DNA of 64,000 bases from a virus. The position numbers and the translations under genes were made by a program. Every line of letters starts with the position of its first letter. Position 1 is the stretch's first letter. The stretch covers positions 32,001-96,000 of the IMG/VR virus record IMGVR_UViG_3300043775_002158, one strand, 5' to 3'. Shown in pieces: positions 1 through 11,260 of this stretch. A model generated the notes under the pieces. It was given only the letters and a program-made list of their open reading frames with translations, did not search any database and was not told the origin of the DNA.

Positions 1-546
1 AGAAAAAATAGAAGTTCAATATTCCACGCACAATACGGTAGAGGAGGGGATGTTGCGGACAGAACAATTAATGAATTAGGGTGGGAACCAATGTACAAGT
101 TTGATTATATCAATCACCAAAACGGAACTGATAAAGAAACATTATTTAATAAGTTATTAGAAACTGATTATTTTATATTTCCTTTATATCATCCAAATGG
201 TTGTGTTTATAAAGATACATTCTCATGTTCCGTTGCTGAAGCAATTGCCGCAGGTGTAATTGTTATAACATATAGTTTAGGTGCGGTACCTGAATATTTT
301 TCAGACGGATGTGTGTTTTTAAATTTTCCACATGGAACGGATATGGAAAAAATGATGACAGAAAAGGTTACATGTGATGCACATTATATGGATTATACCG
401 GTAATGTTAAAGACAAACTTTTAGAAGTGGAACATACGCCAGGTTTAAAAGAAGAAATAAGAAATAGAGCTAAGAATACAATAAAAGAAAGATTTTCAAT
501 TTCCGTAGTCGGTAAAATGTGGGAAGATTTAATAAATGAATTTTAA
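1..546 (+). CDS. Glycosyltransferase (GT4/GT-B type), C-terminal part; 5' end lies outside the window
   Basis: Frame is open from base 1; motif 'DTFSCSVAEAIAAGVIVITYSLGAVPE' matches the GT4 nucleotide-sugar-binding signature. Confidence 0.8.
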   Translation, partial: RKNRSSIFHAQYGRGGDVADRTINELGWEPMYKFDYINHQNGTDKETLFNKLLETDYFIFPLYHPNGCVYKDTFSCSVAEAIAAGVIVITYSLGAVPEYFSDGCVFLNFPHGTDMEKMMTEKVTCDAHYMDYTGNVKDKLLEVEHTPGLKEEIRNRAKNTIKERFSISVVGKMWEDLINEF

Positions 547-1253
547 TGAATAATCCTTTTAATTTTTTTGACAAGATATTTTATATCAATTTAGATTCTC
601 GTACAGATAGACAAGAATTTATGGAAGAACAATTTAAAAAGTTTAATATCGATGCTGAAAGATTTAGCGCCGTAAGTTTAACTAAAGAACAAAATGATGA
701 TTTAGTAAAAAGAGGTTGTAATTTTTACGATGATCCAAGACCTAATTATGCTCCAAGAATAAAATCATGTACAATATCACATCTTTCAGTTTTATTAAGA
801 GGTAAAATGATGGATTATGAAAATATTTTAATTTTTGAAGATGATGCGTTAATAGATGATAACATCATTAAAGATTTAGATGATTGTGTAAATGATTTAA
901 AAAATAAAGAATGGGACATGTTTTATTTAGGTTGTAATCCCTTAGAATATTATAAAGAAACGGAAAATATAGGTAGAGTATTGAGGACTACAACAAATCA
1001 CGCATATTCTATTAATAGAAGATTTTATGATAAAATATTAACCAACTCAAATTTCTTTAGAAGATATCCATGTAATGATGGATATTATGGTGGTTTAGGT
1101 AGAGATAAAAATAATAAAATCTACATGGCATTAAAAAATTTAGTAACACAGAAAGAAAGTTTTTCAGATATTGAGGGTCATGACGTTAATTATACGTATT
1201 CAATAAATGATAAATACAAATATAACATTATAGAAAAACCTCAAGGATGGTAA
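546..1253 (+). CDS. Glycosyltransferase family 25
   Basis: FYINLDSRTDR, SCTISH and IFEDD motifs. Confidence 0.85.
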   Translation: MNNPFNFFDKIFYINLDSRTDRQEFMEEQFKKFNIDAERFSAVSLTKEQNDDLVKRGCNFYDDPRPNYAPRIKSCTISHLSVLLRGKMMDYENILIFEDDALIDDNIIKDLDDCVNDLKNKEWDMFYLGCNPLEYYKETENIGRVLRTTTNHAYSINRRFYDKILTNSNFFRRYPCNDGYYGGLGRDKNNKIYMALKNLVTQKESFSDIEGHDVNYTYSINDKYKYNIIEKPQGW

Positions 1254-2020
1254 TAACATATGACTTTTTAGCGAAACATGGACAATTAGGAAATCAAATG
1301 TTTCAATACGCATTATTACTTGGAGTTAAACATAAATTAAATTGCGATATTGTAATCGATACCGAAGTAAGAAATAGATCTTATCTATTTAATTTTTTTG
1401 ATTTAAAGGAACCAATAATAAAAGATTTTCAAACTGACAATTTATTTAATGAAATCGATTATCATTTTAATTCTAATGTATTTGACATAAAGGAGGATAC
1501 AAATTTTAGAGGTTATTATCAATCTGAAAAGTACTTTAAACATTGTGAAAATATTGTTAGAAACGAGTTCACATTTAAATCAGAAATTAGTGACAGAGTG
1601 TTTGAATTTATCAAACCATTTGAAGGTAAAAGATTAGTATCGGTACATATTAGAAGAGGTGATTACTTAATTAATCCCGACGCTCATCCATTATGTTCTT
1701 TAGATTATTACAATCAATCGATGGATATGTTAGACGGTGAAAACGTAATGTTTATATGTTCATCAGATGATAAAGAATGGTGTGAACAAAATATCAAAAG
1801 AGATAATATTGTTTTTAATAAGTCAGATCTTGCACATGATATGTGTTTAATATCGAAATGTAATGACCACATTATCGCAAATAGTACGTTTAGTTGGTGG
1901 GGTTCTTGGTTATCTCAAAATAAAAATAAAAAAATAATCGCACCAAGTACTTGGTTTGGTCCTAGATATTCACACTGGGATTTAAGTGATTTATATTGTG
2001 AAAACTTTATAAAAATATAG
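1247..2020 (+). CDS. Alpha-1,2-fucosyltransferase (GT11)
   Basis: GQLGNQMFQYA, GYYQSEKYF, VHIRRGDY and NSTFSWW motifs. Confidence 0.92.
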   Translation: MVITYDFLAKHGQLGNQMFQYALLLGVKHKLNCDIVIDTEVRNRSYLFNFFDLKEPIIKDFQTDNLFNEIDYHFNSNVFDIKEDTNFRGYYQSEKYFKHCENIVRNEFTFKSEISDRVFEFIKPFEGKRLVSVHIRRGDYLINPDAHPLCSLDYYNQSMDMLDGENVMFICSSDDKEWCEQNIKRDNIVFNKSDLAHDMCLISKCNDHIIANSTFSWWGSWLSQNKNKKIIAPSTWFGPRYSHWDLSDLYCENFIKI

Positions 2021-2024
2021 ACAT

Positions 2025-2633
2025 ATGTTAATGACCGATCTACAAAAACATTTTACAAAACCTTTAAAAGGTGCAATCCACATTGGTGCACATCACGGAC
2101 AAGAAAAGGGGTGGTACAATCAAAATGGTATTAATCCGATAGTTTGGATCGATGCCAATCCACAATACGAATTAGGTTTAAGAACACAATACCCAAATGA
2201 TATTACAATAATATCTGGTGTTGGGAGTGAGAATAAAATTGAAAAATTTAAAATTGCAAATAATGGTGAATCATCGTCATTTTTAAATTGGGGAACTCAC
2301 CAAAATGAACATCCACATGTTAACTTTATTGATGAAATAGAAGTTCAAATAAAACCAATGGAACAATTAATTCAAGAAAACAATTTAGATGTTGAAAAAT
2401 ATAATTTTTTAAATGTCGATGTTCAAGGGTATGAATTGGAAGTTTTTAAAGGATTCGGTGAATATCTTAATAATTTTGATTACGTTTATTGTGAAGTAAA
2501 TGAAGATTATCTTTATGAAAATTGCGCATTAGTTTCAGATATTGATGATTATCTTTCTAAATATAATTTAGAAAGAGTTGAGACGTTTATGACGATACAT
2601 AAATGGGGAGATGCTTTATATGTAAAAAAATAA
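2025..2633 (+). CDS. FkbM-family SAM-dependent methyltransferase
   Basis: HIGAHHG, DANP, DVQGYELEV and WGDALY motifs. Confidence 0.88.
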   Translation: MLMTDLQKHFTKPLKGAIHIGAHHGQEKGWYNQNGINPIVWIDANPQYELGLRTQYPNDITIISGVGSENKIEKFKIANNGESSSFLNWGTHQNEHPHVNFIDEIEVQIKPMEQLIQENNLDVEKYNFLNVDVQGYELEVFKGFGEYLNNFDYVYCEVNEDYLYENCALVSDIDDYLSKYNLERVETFMTIHKWGDALYVKK

Positions 2634-2634
2634 T

Positions 2635-3719
<1,085 letters not shown>

Positions 3720-3723
<4 letters not shown>

Positions 3724-3860
3724 GAGGTTTTCTTTTTTTCTTCAGGTTTCTTCAAACCTTTCTTTAATTCTTCTTTTTTTTCACGAGCAATCTTTTCAAG
3801 TTGTTTATGTTGCTCAGAAATTCTTTTTTTTTCCTCTTCGGACATACCAAATACTGCCAT
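3720..3860 (-). CDS. Small 46-aa charged protein (MAVFGMSEEEKKRISEQHKQ...), absent from the ORF track
   Basis: ATG 2 nt after the stop of 3863..4183; open frame to TAA at 3720. Confidence 0.65.
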
Positions 3861-3862
3861 GA

Positions 3863-4183
3863 TTATATTGTTTTATTTTCCATTATTTCTATAGAATCAT
3901 CTTTCTTATGTTTTAACATCTCACATTTTTCGTATTCTTCCCTTTCTTCAAAAATAACAATCAAGGCGTCTAATATTTCAATATAAAGTTGTAAATCATT
4001 ATCATAAGATAAGATGGTACATGTATTATTATACTCATTTAATATCTCATTGTCAACTGCAACCATAAAGTTGGAGATCATTTCCAATTCATCCTCATCA
4101 TAATTGTCGTTATGTAAAACTCTTGTTGATTGTAAAAGAAAGTTGGATGACATACTCATACTATTATCATAAATATCACTCAT
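3863..4183 (-). CDS. Hypothetical protein with UVR-like C-terminal motif
   Basis: EEREEYEKCEMLK; translationally coupled to neighbours. Confidence 0.7.
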   Translation of the reverse strand: MSDIYDNSMSMSSNFLLQSTRVLHNDNYDEDELEMISNFMVAVDNEILNEYNNTCTILSYDNDLQLYIEILDALIVIFEEREEYEKCEMLKHKKDDSIEIMENKTI

Positions 4184-4503
4184 ATAGTGTCTTTTAATTT
4201 TTTATCTAATATCCTGAAACACTCAAGAAATCCATCTGTCTCAGTTTCATCTCTAGTGGTTCTTGAATCCTGTGTAGGTCCAAATACAATACCATTTTTA
4301 AGTGACACACTAAAAACCCATTGATGTGGGTTATACATTTCTATTGTTAGGTACACACCCTCTTTATCAAAAAACTGATAAAGTTTTTTTGAGTCATATA
4401 ACCCTAAAGTTGATAGACTTATCACTCCAACATTTGGAAACATAGTATCCTTAAACCTTTGAAAGGCAATAGGATACAAATATTCTATAACATACCAATC
4501 CAT
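4180..4503 (-). CDS. Hypothetical protein
   Basis: ORF with ATGA overlap into the next gene. Confidence 0.7.
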   Translation of the reverse strand: MDWYVIEYLYPIAFQRFKDTMFPNVGVISLSTLGLYDSKKLYQFFDKEGVYLTIEMYNPHQWVFSVSLKNGIVFGPTQDSRTTRDETETDGFLECFRILDKKLKDTI

Positions 4504-4599
4504 ATGAATAATAATAAGAAAAATATCTCTATTTTGTATCTATAAAAGGTATATTTTTTGATTTTGAATAAAATCCATATAATTATCATTGTTTAGCCC

Positions 4600-4839
4600 A
4601 TGTATATAAGAGAATTTTATTATAATGACGACAATAGGATATTGTACGTTGAGTTTTCAACCGATAATGACGGTGACGACACATATAGAGTGTTAGAATT
4701 AACAATTGAGGATGTTATGTATTATTCTCCTAATATTATTCATGAGAATGACATGTATAAAATGGAGGAAGATGATGTTATTGAACTAATCGACCAATAT
4801 GCAACTGAAAATGATTTACCTGAAGAATCAATTTTGTAA
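4600..4839 (+). CDS. Hypothetical acidic protein
   Basis: ORF fitting gene packing. Confidence 0.65.
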   Translation: MYIREFYYNDDNRILYVEFSTDNDGDDTYRVLELTIEDVMYYSPNIIHENDMYKMEEDDVIELIDQYATENDLPEESIL

Positions 4840-4851
4840 TATTTATAAAGT

Positions 4852-5220
4852 ATGAGTTTTTTAACTGACGAGAAAAAGGAGATTTTAGACAAGTTTGTCC
4901 TATTTGTAAAGGAACAATTGGAACTTAAAACTGTTCCAACCATTAAGATACAAAACCATAGAGACGGTCTAAAAACGACTGCAAACTACGATTACACTAA
5001 AGAAAACAAGATCATCAAGGTATGTGCTAAGAACCGAGCACTTGTGGATGTATGTAGAAGTATTGCTCATGAGATGGTTCATCACAAACAATTTGAACAG
5101 GGACGTCTTAAGGTTCGACCACCCGATATTGGAGGTGAAATTGAAGATGAGGCGAACGCTAAGGCCGGTCAATACATTAAAATGTATTCCAAGAAAGATC
5201 CCAATATCTACGAAGAATAG
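4852..5220 (+). CDS. Small zincin-like (HExxH) protein
   Basis: AHEMVHHKQ followed by EDEANA; TATTTATA motif at 4840-4847. Confidence 0.7.
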   Translation: MSFLTDEKKEILDKFVLFVKEQLELKTVPTIKIQNHRDGLKTTANYDYTKENKIIKVCAKNRALVDVCRSIAHEMVHHKQFEQGRLKVRPPDIGGEIEDEANAKAGQYIKMYSKKDPNIYEE

Positions 5221-5305
5221 TTAATTCTTTATTTTTATACTAAAAAAGGGTATTTTTCCCTATACCAATACCGTATTCAAAAGTTTTATTGGATATTTAT
5301 AAACT

Positions 5306-6994
5306 ATGAAGTTGGGCTTAACCGATAAACAATATAATTTATTACTGACCGTATTAAAAGAACAAGGGGAAACTCCCGCCGCTGAACCCGAAAAAGGTAC
5401 ATCAGATAAACAGTCGGGTGGTCAGGGATATCCTAGTGTGGGTAAATGGGAAAGTGGTGTTACAAGAGGACCAGGTAATCAAGTGGGGGTAACTAAATGG
5501 GCTGATGTAGTTGGTTCAAAACTAACAAGAGGTAAAGGTAATCAATTAAAAGAACAAGAAGAACCTCTATTATTCGATAAGGGTGATCAATTAAGAAAAG
5601 AAAAAGACGAGAAAACAAAAAAAGAAGAACAAGAATTTTTTAAAAAATTTGTTAATTATCCAACACCATTAGGTTATAACAAATTAAATCAAATAACATT
5701 ACCAAGAAGTGTGGGGGAAAATAAAACAAAGATTGTTTTATTTGGTGATGACGGTAACAAAAAAGTTAATGATTTTTTTAAAATATATTTAACAGATAGT
5801 AGATATAAACAATACGATTGGGTTATACCTACCCCAAAATATTTAAATGAACTATTACCAAGTGGAACAATATCTAAGTTTAATGTGAATAATATTTGGT
5901 ATTTCCCAATTTTAAAAAGAGTTAGTGATAATCCATTATATTATAAATTTAATGGGTATTACACCAAAGATAATAATTATCCATATAAATTAGATATGTT
6001 TTTAAATGAAAAAGACATACCTGAATCATTAAGAGAAAAAACTGGATTTTGGAATGAATGGGGAAATATGATATTAGTATCTGCCGGACTAATTATTTCT
6101 TTTTGGGTACCTGGTTCAATAGGATTATGGGTTGGTTTAGGAATTGATTCAGTTGCCGTAATTAACTCTATTTTGTTAGAGGATAGTGTTGGTGCGATTT
6201 TAGGTATTGTCTGTGCATTTTTACCTTTTATTGGTATGGGATTAAAAATAGGTGAGGTAAGCGTTTCACAAGCAAGAAGAATCACTGGAGCATTAAAATA
6301 TTGTAAAACTGAAGAAGAACTTGCTAATTTAATTAATGGAGTAAGTAAAACACCGGGAGGAAGACTTTTAACCAATCAAGATAGATATGTTTTACAAAAA
6401 TTAAAAGATATCGACCCCAAAGAAATCGGTAAATTAATGGAAGGATCTATATTAGAAAAAATTAATATATTAAAAAAACAAAATACAATTGTATCAAAAC
6501 AGGAATTACAAAAAATATATGAAAATGTAAATGAATTATATAATAAAGGAATTATAGATAAAGTAAAGGCAGATAAATTTTATAAAAGATTTGGATTTGA
6601 AACTTTATCATTTGTTGTAGGGTCAATTTTTGGTATAGGGTTCATAAGTGAAATTTTAAAGGGTTTAAAACAATATTATATGATTAAAAATAAAGATTTT
6701 AGTGGAGACCCTAATTATGTAAAATTTATTAATTTACAAGAAACATTTTTACAATTAGATCGTGATTTAGTCGGTGAAAAAAGACAAAAATACGAACAAC
6801 AAATCGAACCAATACATAAAAAATATCAAGAACTTTGTAAATCAACTTTTTCCGATAATGAATTTGATATTAGACTTTTGAGTATATGTATTGATGTTAT
6901 GAGAAAATATAACGAAAATGAAAATGTTAATTTAGATAATGTAGCATATCAACAATTCATTATCGAAAAAAAAGAATATGAAAAAAATAAATAA
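5306..6994 (+). CDS. Hypothetical late/virion-associated protein with central hydrophobic helices
   Basis: 562-aa ORF; late motif at 5294-5301; Gly-rich hydrophobic stretch around aa 255-325. Confidence 0.7.
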   Translation: MKLGLTDKQYNLLLTVLKEQGETPAAEPEKGTSDKQSGGQGYPSVGKWESGVTRGPGNQVGVTKWADVVGSKLTRGKGNQLKEQEEPLLFDKGDQLRKEKDEKTKKEEQEFFKKFVNYPTPLGYNKLNQITLPRSVGENKTKIVLFGDDGNKKVNDFFKIYLTDSRYKQYDWVIPTPKYLNELLPSGTISKFNVNNIWYFPILKRVSDNPLYYKFNGYYTKDNNYPYKLDMFLNEKDIPESLREKTGFWNEWGNMILVSAGLIISFWVPGSIGLWVGLGIDSVAVINSILLEDSVGAILGIVCAFLPFIGMGLKIGEVSVSQARRITGALKYCKTEEELANLINGVSKTPGGRLLTNQDRYVLQKLKDIDPKEIGKLMEGSILEKINILKKQNTIVSKQELQKIYENVNELYNKGIIDKVKADKFYKRFGFETLSFVVGSIFGIGFISEILKGLKQYYMIKNKDFSGDPNYVKFINLQETFLQLDRDLVGEKRQKYEQQIEPIHKKYQELCKSTFSDNEFDIRLLSICIDVMRKYNENENVNLDNVAYQQFIIEKKEYEKNK

Positions 6995-7011
6995 TTATAA
7001 TAAATAAGTAG

Positions 7012-8619
7012 ATGAAACTGAATGAACAAATAAATAGTATAAGTAGGTTATTAAATAATACTAAGATATTTCCTGAAAATAAAAAAAATTTACAAGAAGC
7101 AACTGGTAATCCTGTTCATAATCCATTTGATATGGCTCAATTAGTGGGTAGGTTAATTTATAGAAAAATACCAAAAGATGTATCTGACGAGATCGATAAT
7201 ATAATTGATAAATTATCGTTACCAACTGTTAGGGCAATTGAATTTGATGAAACAGGTAGAATTATTAAAGGTATTAATTTAGATAATATTAGTGATTCAC
7301 AGTTAAAAAATCTTTTTAGAATACCTGAAGTTAGAGGGGCGTTAGAAGATTATGCTAAAAATTATAGAGCAAGAGATAATGGACCCATTTATCCAATAGA
7401 TTTAAATAATATTAACATTGCGGGGGCAAATCCAAGAAGTCCATTTTCAAGAATTATAAACGCTTATAGGAATTCAAAAAATGATATTATAACTTTAACT
7501 AAATTTGATAAAATAGTTAGATTACCTTTTAAAAGATTAATGATAAAATATGGTAATTTTGACAATATATATGAGTTTTTTAAAGATAAAATAAAATATA
7601 ATTTGATGTTAAGGGGGGTAGAAACCGGCATAAAACCTGATTATGCTCTCAGAATGAAAAAATTATATGAAGATGCCGTCAAAATAACTAAGGATTGGAG
7701 CGATGTTCAGGGAAAAGGAATGGTTAACATAGATTCATATAGAAAAAAATTATATGACATACTAAAAGAAATGAAACTTTTGGATAGAAAATGTCAAAGA
7801 GACGTTTTTGATAAATTAGTAACATTATTGCCTGAAAATATAAAAAAAGAACTTGATGATACGGTAAAAATTACTGATGACGAATTATCTAAATTATGGG
7901 AACAGTTGACAGCAGTATCCAAATCAGGAGCGTCATTTGACGATAAATATTTATTTTATTTAGGTGGTGTTGGTAGAATGTTAAGTGATATTCGTGGAGG
8001 AAGAGGTATGGATTTTGCAAAAAGATGGGGTAATTTTTTAATTGGTTTAGATTTTAGACTAAATCGTGAGATGACTAATAATATACGAGTTAAAGGTAGG
8101 TTTGGATTTATATGGAGAGAAGCCTCTTTACGTGCCTTTTTATATGCAATTGCGGTTGGTACGGTTGATTATTACTTAGCGTATCAGAAAAAAGAAAAGG
8201 GAACAGCCCTTAATATTTTTGGTGCTAACTTTGAACCTAATTTAGAATGGCAAAGACCAAAAGAAATTGAAGATAAGGATGTAAATGGACTTGGTTATTT
8301 TTTATCTCATGTTGGTCAAACATCTGGTACATATTTTTTAAAACATCCAATTCATGCATCCACGATGGGTCCACTACCAAGAGTAATAGATGCTTTTTTT
8401 AACGATCCAGATAAACAAAGAAATAAAGACATTACCGAAACCGAATTACACGATAAATCTTGGGAAGAGTATTTAAAAAACGTTAGAAATAACGAAGAAT
8501 ATAAACTTTTATCTCCACAAGATAAGATTAAAGCGGAAGAAGAGGCTAAAGTTGCCTTTGAAACACAATTTAAAAAAGTTAATGAAGCAAAAAAAGCATT
8601 AAAAAAATTAGATAATTAA
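7012..8619 (+). CDS. Hypothetical (probable virion) protein
   Basis: 535-aa ORF with N-terminal 'MKLNEQINSISRLL' leader type. Confidence 0.7.
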   Translation: MKLNEQINSISRLLNNTKIFPENKKNLQEATGNPVHNPFDMAQLVGRLIYRKIPKDVSDEIDNIIDKLSLPTVRAIEFDETGRIIKGINLDNISDSQLKNLFRIPEVRGALEDYAKNYRARDNGPIYPIDLNNINIAGANPRSPFSRIINAYRNSKNDIITLTKFDKIVRLPFKRLMIKYGNFDNIYEFFKDKIKYNLMLRGVETGIKPDYALRMKKLYEDAVKITKDWSDVQGKGMVNIDSYRKKLYDILKEMKLLDRKCQRDVFDKLVTLLPENIKKELDDTVKITDDELSKLWEQLTAVSKSGASFDDKYLFYLGGVGRMLSDIRGGRGMDFAKRWGNFLIGLDFRLNREMTNNIRVKGRFGFIWREASLRAFLYAIAVGTVDYYLAYQKKEKGTALNIFGANFEPNLEWQRPKEIEDKDVNGLGYFLSHVGQTSGTYFLKHPIHASTMGPLPRVIDAFFNDPDKQRNKDITETELHDKSWEEYLKNVRNNEEYKLLSPQDKIKAEEEAKVAFETQFKKVNEAKKALKKLDN

Positions 8620-9677
8620 TGGCACAAAATTTAGATAAATATAGAAGACAACTTTATAAAGTTGTTCGTGAAAATGTCCCCAATTTTACACAAGAGGATT
8701 TCAATTCACAATTTATAGATAAAGAAACATTTGAATCTTTTGTAAGTAAACTTGAACAAAACAAAAAGAAAAAAGAAAAAGGGAAAACGTGGAATAAGAT
8801 CGGTTTTTCTAGTTTGGGTACATACTATAGAACTTATGCGTGTGATATGCCGTGGGCCAAAGACCTAAGTTATTGTGGGGGTAACGGTGAATCCAATGTT
8901 AATTTAGATGACAATACATTAAAATCACTAATGGGGAATTACGTTTCCGATCCAAAGACAAACGGAGAATTTAAAATATTCGATTCTACATCATATAATA
9001 ATGTTGATGATCCGATTAAATTAGGTATATCCTCATATAGTTTTTCTTTTATCTCAGGTACGTTAGATAATCCAAGATATGAGGGTCAAAACTTAACATT
9101 TGACATCTCAATAAATACTTCAAGAGAAGATATAACAAGTAGAATTAAATCGTTAGTTCCTGATTTAAATTTAACAAATTTTAAATCTAAAATTATATTT
9201 GATAAAGATAGAAAAAGTTTTAGTTATAATTTTTTAGATAAAATTAAAGGTAAGGCAATAAAAACCAAAGAGAACACAACAAGTAAAACAGACACAACAA
9301 GTAAAACAGATACGACGAATAAATCTGATGACGAGAAACCATATAAACCACATCAAACAACAATTTATTCAACAACAACAGATTATGATAAAATAGATGA
9401 ACCTAATTTGACCGTGAAAAATTGTAATAGTTTTCCATTCGCGTTAGGATGTAAAAATTCATTAATTGGAGACCTTAATGAAAAGTTTTTTGGTAAACGT
9501 AGAAAAGATACATATACAAAACTTTTACAAAATTATTTAGACGACGATGCATACTTTAGTGTTGATAATGAAGAAAAAATGATTACAAAAGAAATTTGGG
9601 ATCAAATAATGAAATCTAAAATTGTAAAAGAAACGGTAAAAAAAGTTTTAAAAGAATACATTAATAAGAAAAAATAA
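8619..9677 (+). CDS. Hypothetical (probable virion) protein
   Basis: 352-aa ORF, TAATG coupling, short TTSKTD repeat. Confidence 0.7.
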   Translation: MAQNLDKYRRQLYKVVRENVPNFTQEDFNSQFIDKETFESFVSKLEQNKKKKEKGKTWNKIGFSSLGTYYRTYACDMPWAKDLSYCGGNGESNVNLDDNTLKSLMGNYVSDPKTNGEFKIFDSTSYNNVDDPIKLGISSYSFSFISGTLDNPRYEGQNLTFDISINTSREDITSRIKSLVPDLNLTNFKSKIIFDKDRKSFSYNFLDKIKGKAIKTKENTTSKTDTTSKTDTTNKSDDEKPYKPHQTTIYSTTTDYDKIDEPNLTVKNCNSFPFALGCKNSLIGDLNEKFFGKRRKDTYTKLLQNYLDDDAYFSVDNEEKMITKEIWDQIMKSKIVKETVKKVLKEYINKKK

Positions 9678-9689
9678 CATATTTATATT

Positions 9690-9780
9690 CAGAGTTTGGC
9701 GGTTTGGTCGCCGTTAAATGATAACTCTGTAAACGAAAAGGAGGTATTCTAAATCTCGACAAAGGGTCTTCGGACCTTTT
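9690..9780 (+). ncRNA. Putative small RNA 'A' (about 90 nt)
   Basis: TATTTATA at 9680-9687; CAGAGTT/AACTCTG stem with inner GGCG/CGCC hairpin; UUCG-capped terminator at 9761-9780; no ORF. Confidence 0.6.
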
Positions 9781-9792
9781 GTTGTTTTATAG

Positions 9793-9818
9793 AAAAACCC
9801 ATCTAAATGATGGGTTTT
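9793..9818 (-). terminator. Terminator downstream of tmRNA (bidirectional)
   Basis: AAAACCCATC-loop-GATGGGTTTT. Confidence 0.75.
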
Positions 9819-9851
9819 ATCTTAGGTCGAAAACTCAAAAAAGTCGAAGTG

Positions 9852-10247
9852 TGGAGACGAAGGGAGTCGAACCCTTGTCTTTCCTGTTCAACAATAAATG
9901 ACTACACGTTTATTCAATTGGTTCTCAATTGACAAATAGAAGGTTAATTACAGGAAACCAACAATACTGTCCCTAACCGGATTTTCATGAGCCGTCAAGT
10001 TTGCTCCAACACTCTTGGGTGGTGTTACACCGTAAGGACTTCTGTTCCAAGGTTATATGTCCGTCGACCCGTGCGTAGAGGCTAATCTAATTAGGCTGCT
10101 ACTTTAGAAGTTGCAAGTAAACCTGCAATTTCCATTGTGTTGTAAACGTTGTCGTTTAATTTTCTTCACCGTGGATTAAAGTCATAGATGAATTCTGACT
10201 ACGTGCCATTTACCCCTGATACCTGAAATCAAATCCAAGGCGTCCCC
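9852..10247 (-). ncRNA. ssrA: tmRNA; predicted tag (A)DNVYNTMEIAGLLATSKVAA at 10153-10091
   Basis: 5' GGGGACG pairs with 3' CGTCTCC-A including the G3:U70 Ala determinant; T-arm AAGGG-TTCGACT-CCCTT; internal ORF ending Ala-Ala-stop; about 396 nt; CCA not encoded. Confidence 0.93.
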
Positions 10248-10326
10248 AGTAAATACAATACAAATATAGACAAAAAAGGGTTAAAAAACTAATTTTAACC
10301 CTAATAATCTATTGAAAAGAAAAAAA

Positions 10327-10536
10327 CTACTTTGCTTTAGTTTTTTTAACTTTCGGAGCTTTTGCTTCTTTAGGTGCTTTTGGTTTTTTAACCTTAGCTT
10401 TAACTTCCGCAACAACTTCTTTAACAACTTCAATTTCATGTTTTACCTCAACTTGAAGTTCTTCCATTGCTACAGTTTTTTCCGCTACAGAACCACTACC
10501 TAAAAGTTTTTTAATTAAATCAATAATTTTTTTCAT
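10327..10536 (-). CDS. Small protein with Lys/Ala/Pro-rich, histone-H1-like tail
   Basis: KAPK repeats; late motif at 10551-10558. Confidence 0.7.
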   Translation of the reverse strand: MKKIIDLIKKLLGSGSVAEKTVAMEELQVEVKHEIEVVKEVVAEVKAKVKKPKAPKEAKAPKVKKTKAK

Positions 10537-10567
10537 AAAATAACATTTTATATAAATATATGGAAAA

Positions 10568-11260
10568 TTAAGAAATTACTAAAGGGAGATTTTTATCAAA
10601 TAACGCCTCAAAAAATAGTTTATTCTTTTCCCATTGTTTATTGGTCATACCTACCGATTTATGTGTGACCCCAAATTTGGTAGTTAGACCAATCTTAACC
10701 CCTTCTAATTGATTTTCAACACAGAACGAAATATCATAAAAATGGAACCCTTCAAACTGTTCATTAAATTCTTTCTTTAGGAGACTTTTACGGACTATAA
10801 AGAATAAACCGTCCACAATTACAACATCCTTAAGAACATCGTTAAAAACACCCTTAGAATAGTGATTAACGTGTCTTTTACCCTCATGGATATGACCAAC
10901 CACTCCAAACATATTTTCACGGTTTTGCCACCACATTCCACTTGTTAATTTATCTGTTCCAGCAATACCAATAATTCCGTATTCAGGATGTTTCTCAAAT
11001 AACTTAACAATCTTAGGTGTCATATTGGGTGTCTCCAAAATAAGATCATCGTGCATGAAAACAACGATATCATTAACACTTTCTTTTAACCCTTTGTTAT
11101 AGACTTGGGTTAATGACATTTGACCGTCATTTTCATACATCAATATTTCTGTATTCGGATGAGAAAACATTCTTTTCACATGATCGTAATATGTGGGATC
11201 AATCTTTCTCGTGGATATTACAACACTTACCATTTCATTATTCTTCGACATATATTGCAT
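10568..11260 (-). CDS. Glycosyltransferase family 2-like
   Basis: YNKG, VFMHDD, GIIGIAG, VDG and FHFYD motifs. Confidence 0.85.
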   Translation of the reverse strand: MQYMSKNNEMVSVVISTRKIDPTYYDHVKRMFSHPNTEILMYENDGQMSLTQVYNKGLKESVNDIVVFMHDDLILETPNMTPKIVKLFEKHPEYGIIGIAGTDKLTSGMWWQNRENMFGVVGHIHEGKRHVNHYSKGVFNDVLKDVVIVDGLFFIVRKSLLKKEFNEQFEGFHFYDISFCVENQLEGVKIGLTTKFGVTHKSVGMTNKQWEKNKLFFEALFDKNLPLVIS

